Source: Octopus sinensis (lineage: Eukaryota). Taken from it: 9,426 bases of DNA. The DNA lies in assembly GCF_006345805.1 (NCBI RefSeq), contig NW_021827940.1, forward strand, positions 1 through 9,426. The letters are read 5' to 3'. Position numbers and translations under genes: made by a program. Positions 7,932 to 9,426 of the stretch are shown here, one piece after another. The stretch's first letter is position 1; each line of letters starts with the position of its first letter. The notes under the pieces are model-generated. The model was given only the letters and a program-made list of their open reading frames with translations. It was not told the DNA's origin and searched no databases.

Positions 7932-8158
7932 ACCTCTCTCCTTCCTTCCCTCTCTCTATCACTCTCTCTTCCTCTCTACCCCACTCTCTCTTTCTTTTTC
8001 CTTCTTGTTTCTTATACTGAGTGTTTCATTTATTTAGACTTCTCTAAACTTGCTTTCTTACCCATTAACCCTATTTTCTTTTTCCCAGCTTCTCTCGTTT
8101 GCACTCTCTCTCCCACTTTCTCTTTCACTTTTTCTCTCTCTCTTTTCTCTCTCTCTCC
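7932..8158. repeat. Degenerate (CT)n polypyrimidine tract
   Basis: Strongly C/T-biased sequence with TCTCTC runs. Confidence 0.85.
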
Positions 8159-8241
8159 CATATATATATATATATATAGATATATATATTATATATATCA
8201 CAGCATACACACAGTCACAAACTCACATACACATACTTGTA

Positions 8242-8331
<90 letters not shown>

Positions 8332-8403
8332 TGCATGCATACATACATATATAGATACAAAAAACCACATACGTATATACGTACATACATACATACATAT
8401 ATA
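8159..8403. repeat. (TA)n/(CA)n/(TACA)n compound microsatellite
   Basis: Direct reading. Confidence 0.95.
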
Positions 8404-8739
8404 TCATTTTCTTTCTTTACAGGTCTTTCTCAGTCAGTCGCTGCCTCCTTGCTACTTCATCTTACATTTAAATATGTTCTTCCCTTTAAATGATATATTC
8501 GATGAAAGAATTAGATAAACATAGCGATATAGCGAGCAACAGAGAATTTACAAGGGAAACAGAAAAAGTGATATATATATAAAAATTCCTAAAAAAAAAT
8601 AACAAAAATTACAAAAACCTATCACAATTCAACAAGACCATAAAAAGAAATTCAATAAAAGGACAAGTTGCATATACGTAATTTTATGTATGCTCACGTG
8701 TGAGTCAGTGAGTTTGTATCTTTGTATGTGTGTAGCTAT

Positions 8740-8817
8740 ATGTGTAAACATATACACGCGTATATAGGCGTATATGTATATATACATGTATATATGGTGT
8801 ATATATATATAAATAGT

Positions 8818-8866
<49 letters not shown>

Positions 8867-8888
8867 ATATATTATATATATATATATA
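8740..8888. repeat. (TA)n microsatellite
   Basis: Direct reading. Confidence 0.95.
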
Positions 8889-8900
8889 AAAAATGATATA

Positions 8901-9426
8901 TTCGACAAAGGTAATCATTTCATGATATGTCACAAGCTGCGAATCTTTGGTAAAGTTGGTAGAATAGGAGAGTGGCTGCATGTCTTTCAAAACGATAGAA
9001 GTCAGACAGTTGCTGCCAATCGTGCATTCTCTAGAGAAACGCAAATTTCGAGTTGTGACCCTTAGGGAACTGTCTTAGAGCCATTGATGTTTATAGTAGC
9101 CCTCTCAGGCATGCCCACGGTCACTCAGACAGCCACTGCCACTTTCTACGCCGATGATACAAAATTATCACAGACAATAAACTATCCTAATGGTGTCGTA
9201 AGCCTGCAGATCTAAATGCAATATACAAGTGAGCAGAGCAAAATAATATGCAATTTAAAACTGAATAATTTCAAGCACTGAACTGTAACATCACAAATGA
9301 GCCACAACTGGTATTTACAGGACCTGGAGGTACTGCAATACCAGATTCCCAAAAAGTGAGAGACCTGAGCATCAGTATGTGTAATGATGCATCATTTAAC
9401 ATGCACATTACCAAGCTGGAAGCAAG
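8901..9426 (+). pseudogene. Degraded CR1/L2-group LINE reverse-transcriptase fragment running off the window end
   Basis: FDKGNH (consensus FDKVDH)...GRIGEWL...DRSQTV...SCDP*GTVLEPLMFI (consensus SGVPQGTVLGPLLFI)...FYADDTK (YADD 9147-9158). After a frameshift near 9210 it continues DLNAIYK*AEQNNMQF...VRDLSI, collinear with 6030-6400. Confidence 0.93.

Noticed and set aside
303-8908. The many ORFs rich in YIYI, CVCV or THTH (e.g. 303..656, 314..742, 984..1277, 3452..3820, 7549..7781, 7905..8354)
   Set aside because: They are translations of (TA)n, (TG)n, (CA)n and (CT)n microsatellites, which lack stop codons in some frames; no protein-like content.

Overview
AT-rich, microsatellite-laden, non-coding eukaryotic DNA, probably intronic or intergenic. 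The repeat style suggests a cephalopod such as octopus (inference only). No host protein-coding gene is supportable: nearly all listed ORFs are translations of (TA)n/(TG)n tracts. Recognisable elements are three decayed, 5'-truncated CR1/L2-group LINE copies (3262-3636 -, 6030-7100 +, 8901-9426 +), a tail-only copy of the same LINE (3139-3191 -), and a tRNA-derived SINE (~2556-2852 +). The most interesting region is 690-2312. It holds three different type-I hammerhead-ribozyme-like motifs of the kind associated with Penelope-like elements (805-848 -, 980-1013 +, 1602-1653 +), each followed by a ~70-130 nt T-rich tail and a microsatellite. It also holds a ~1.2 kb nested inverted duplication (1078-1536 vs 1612-2312) centred on one of these motifs. 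All three motifs deviate from the canonical core or stems, so activity is unproven.
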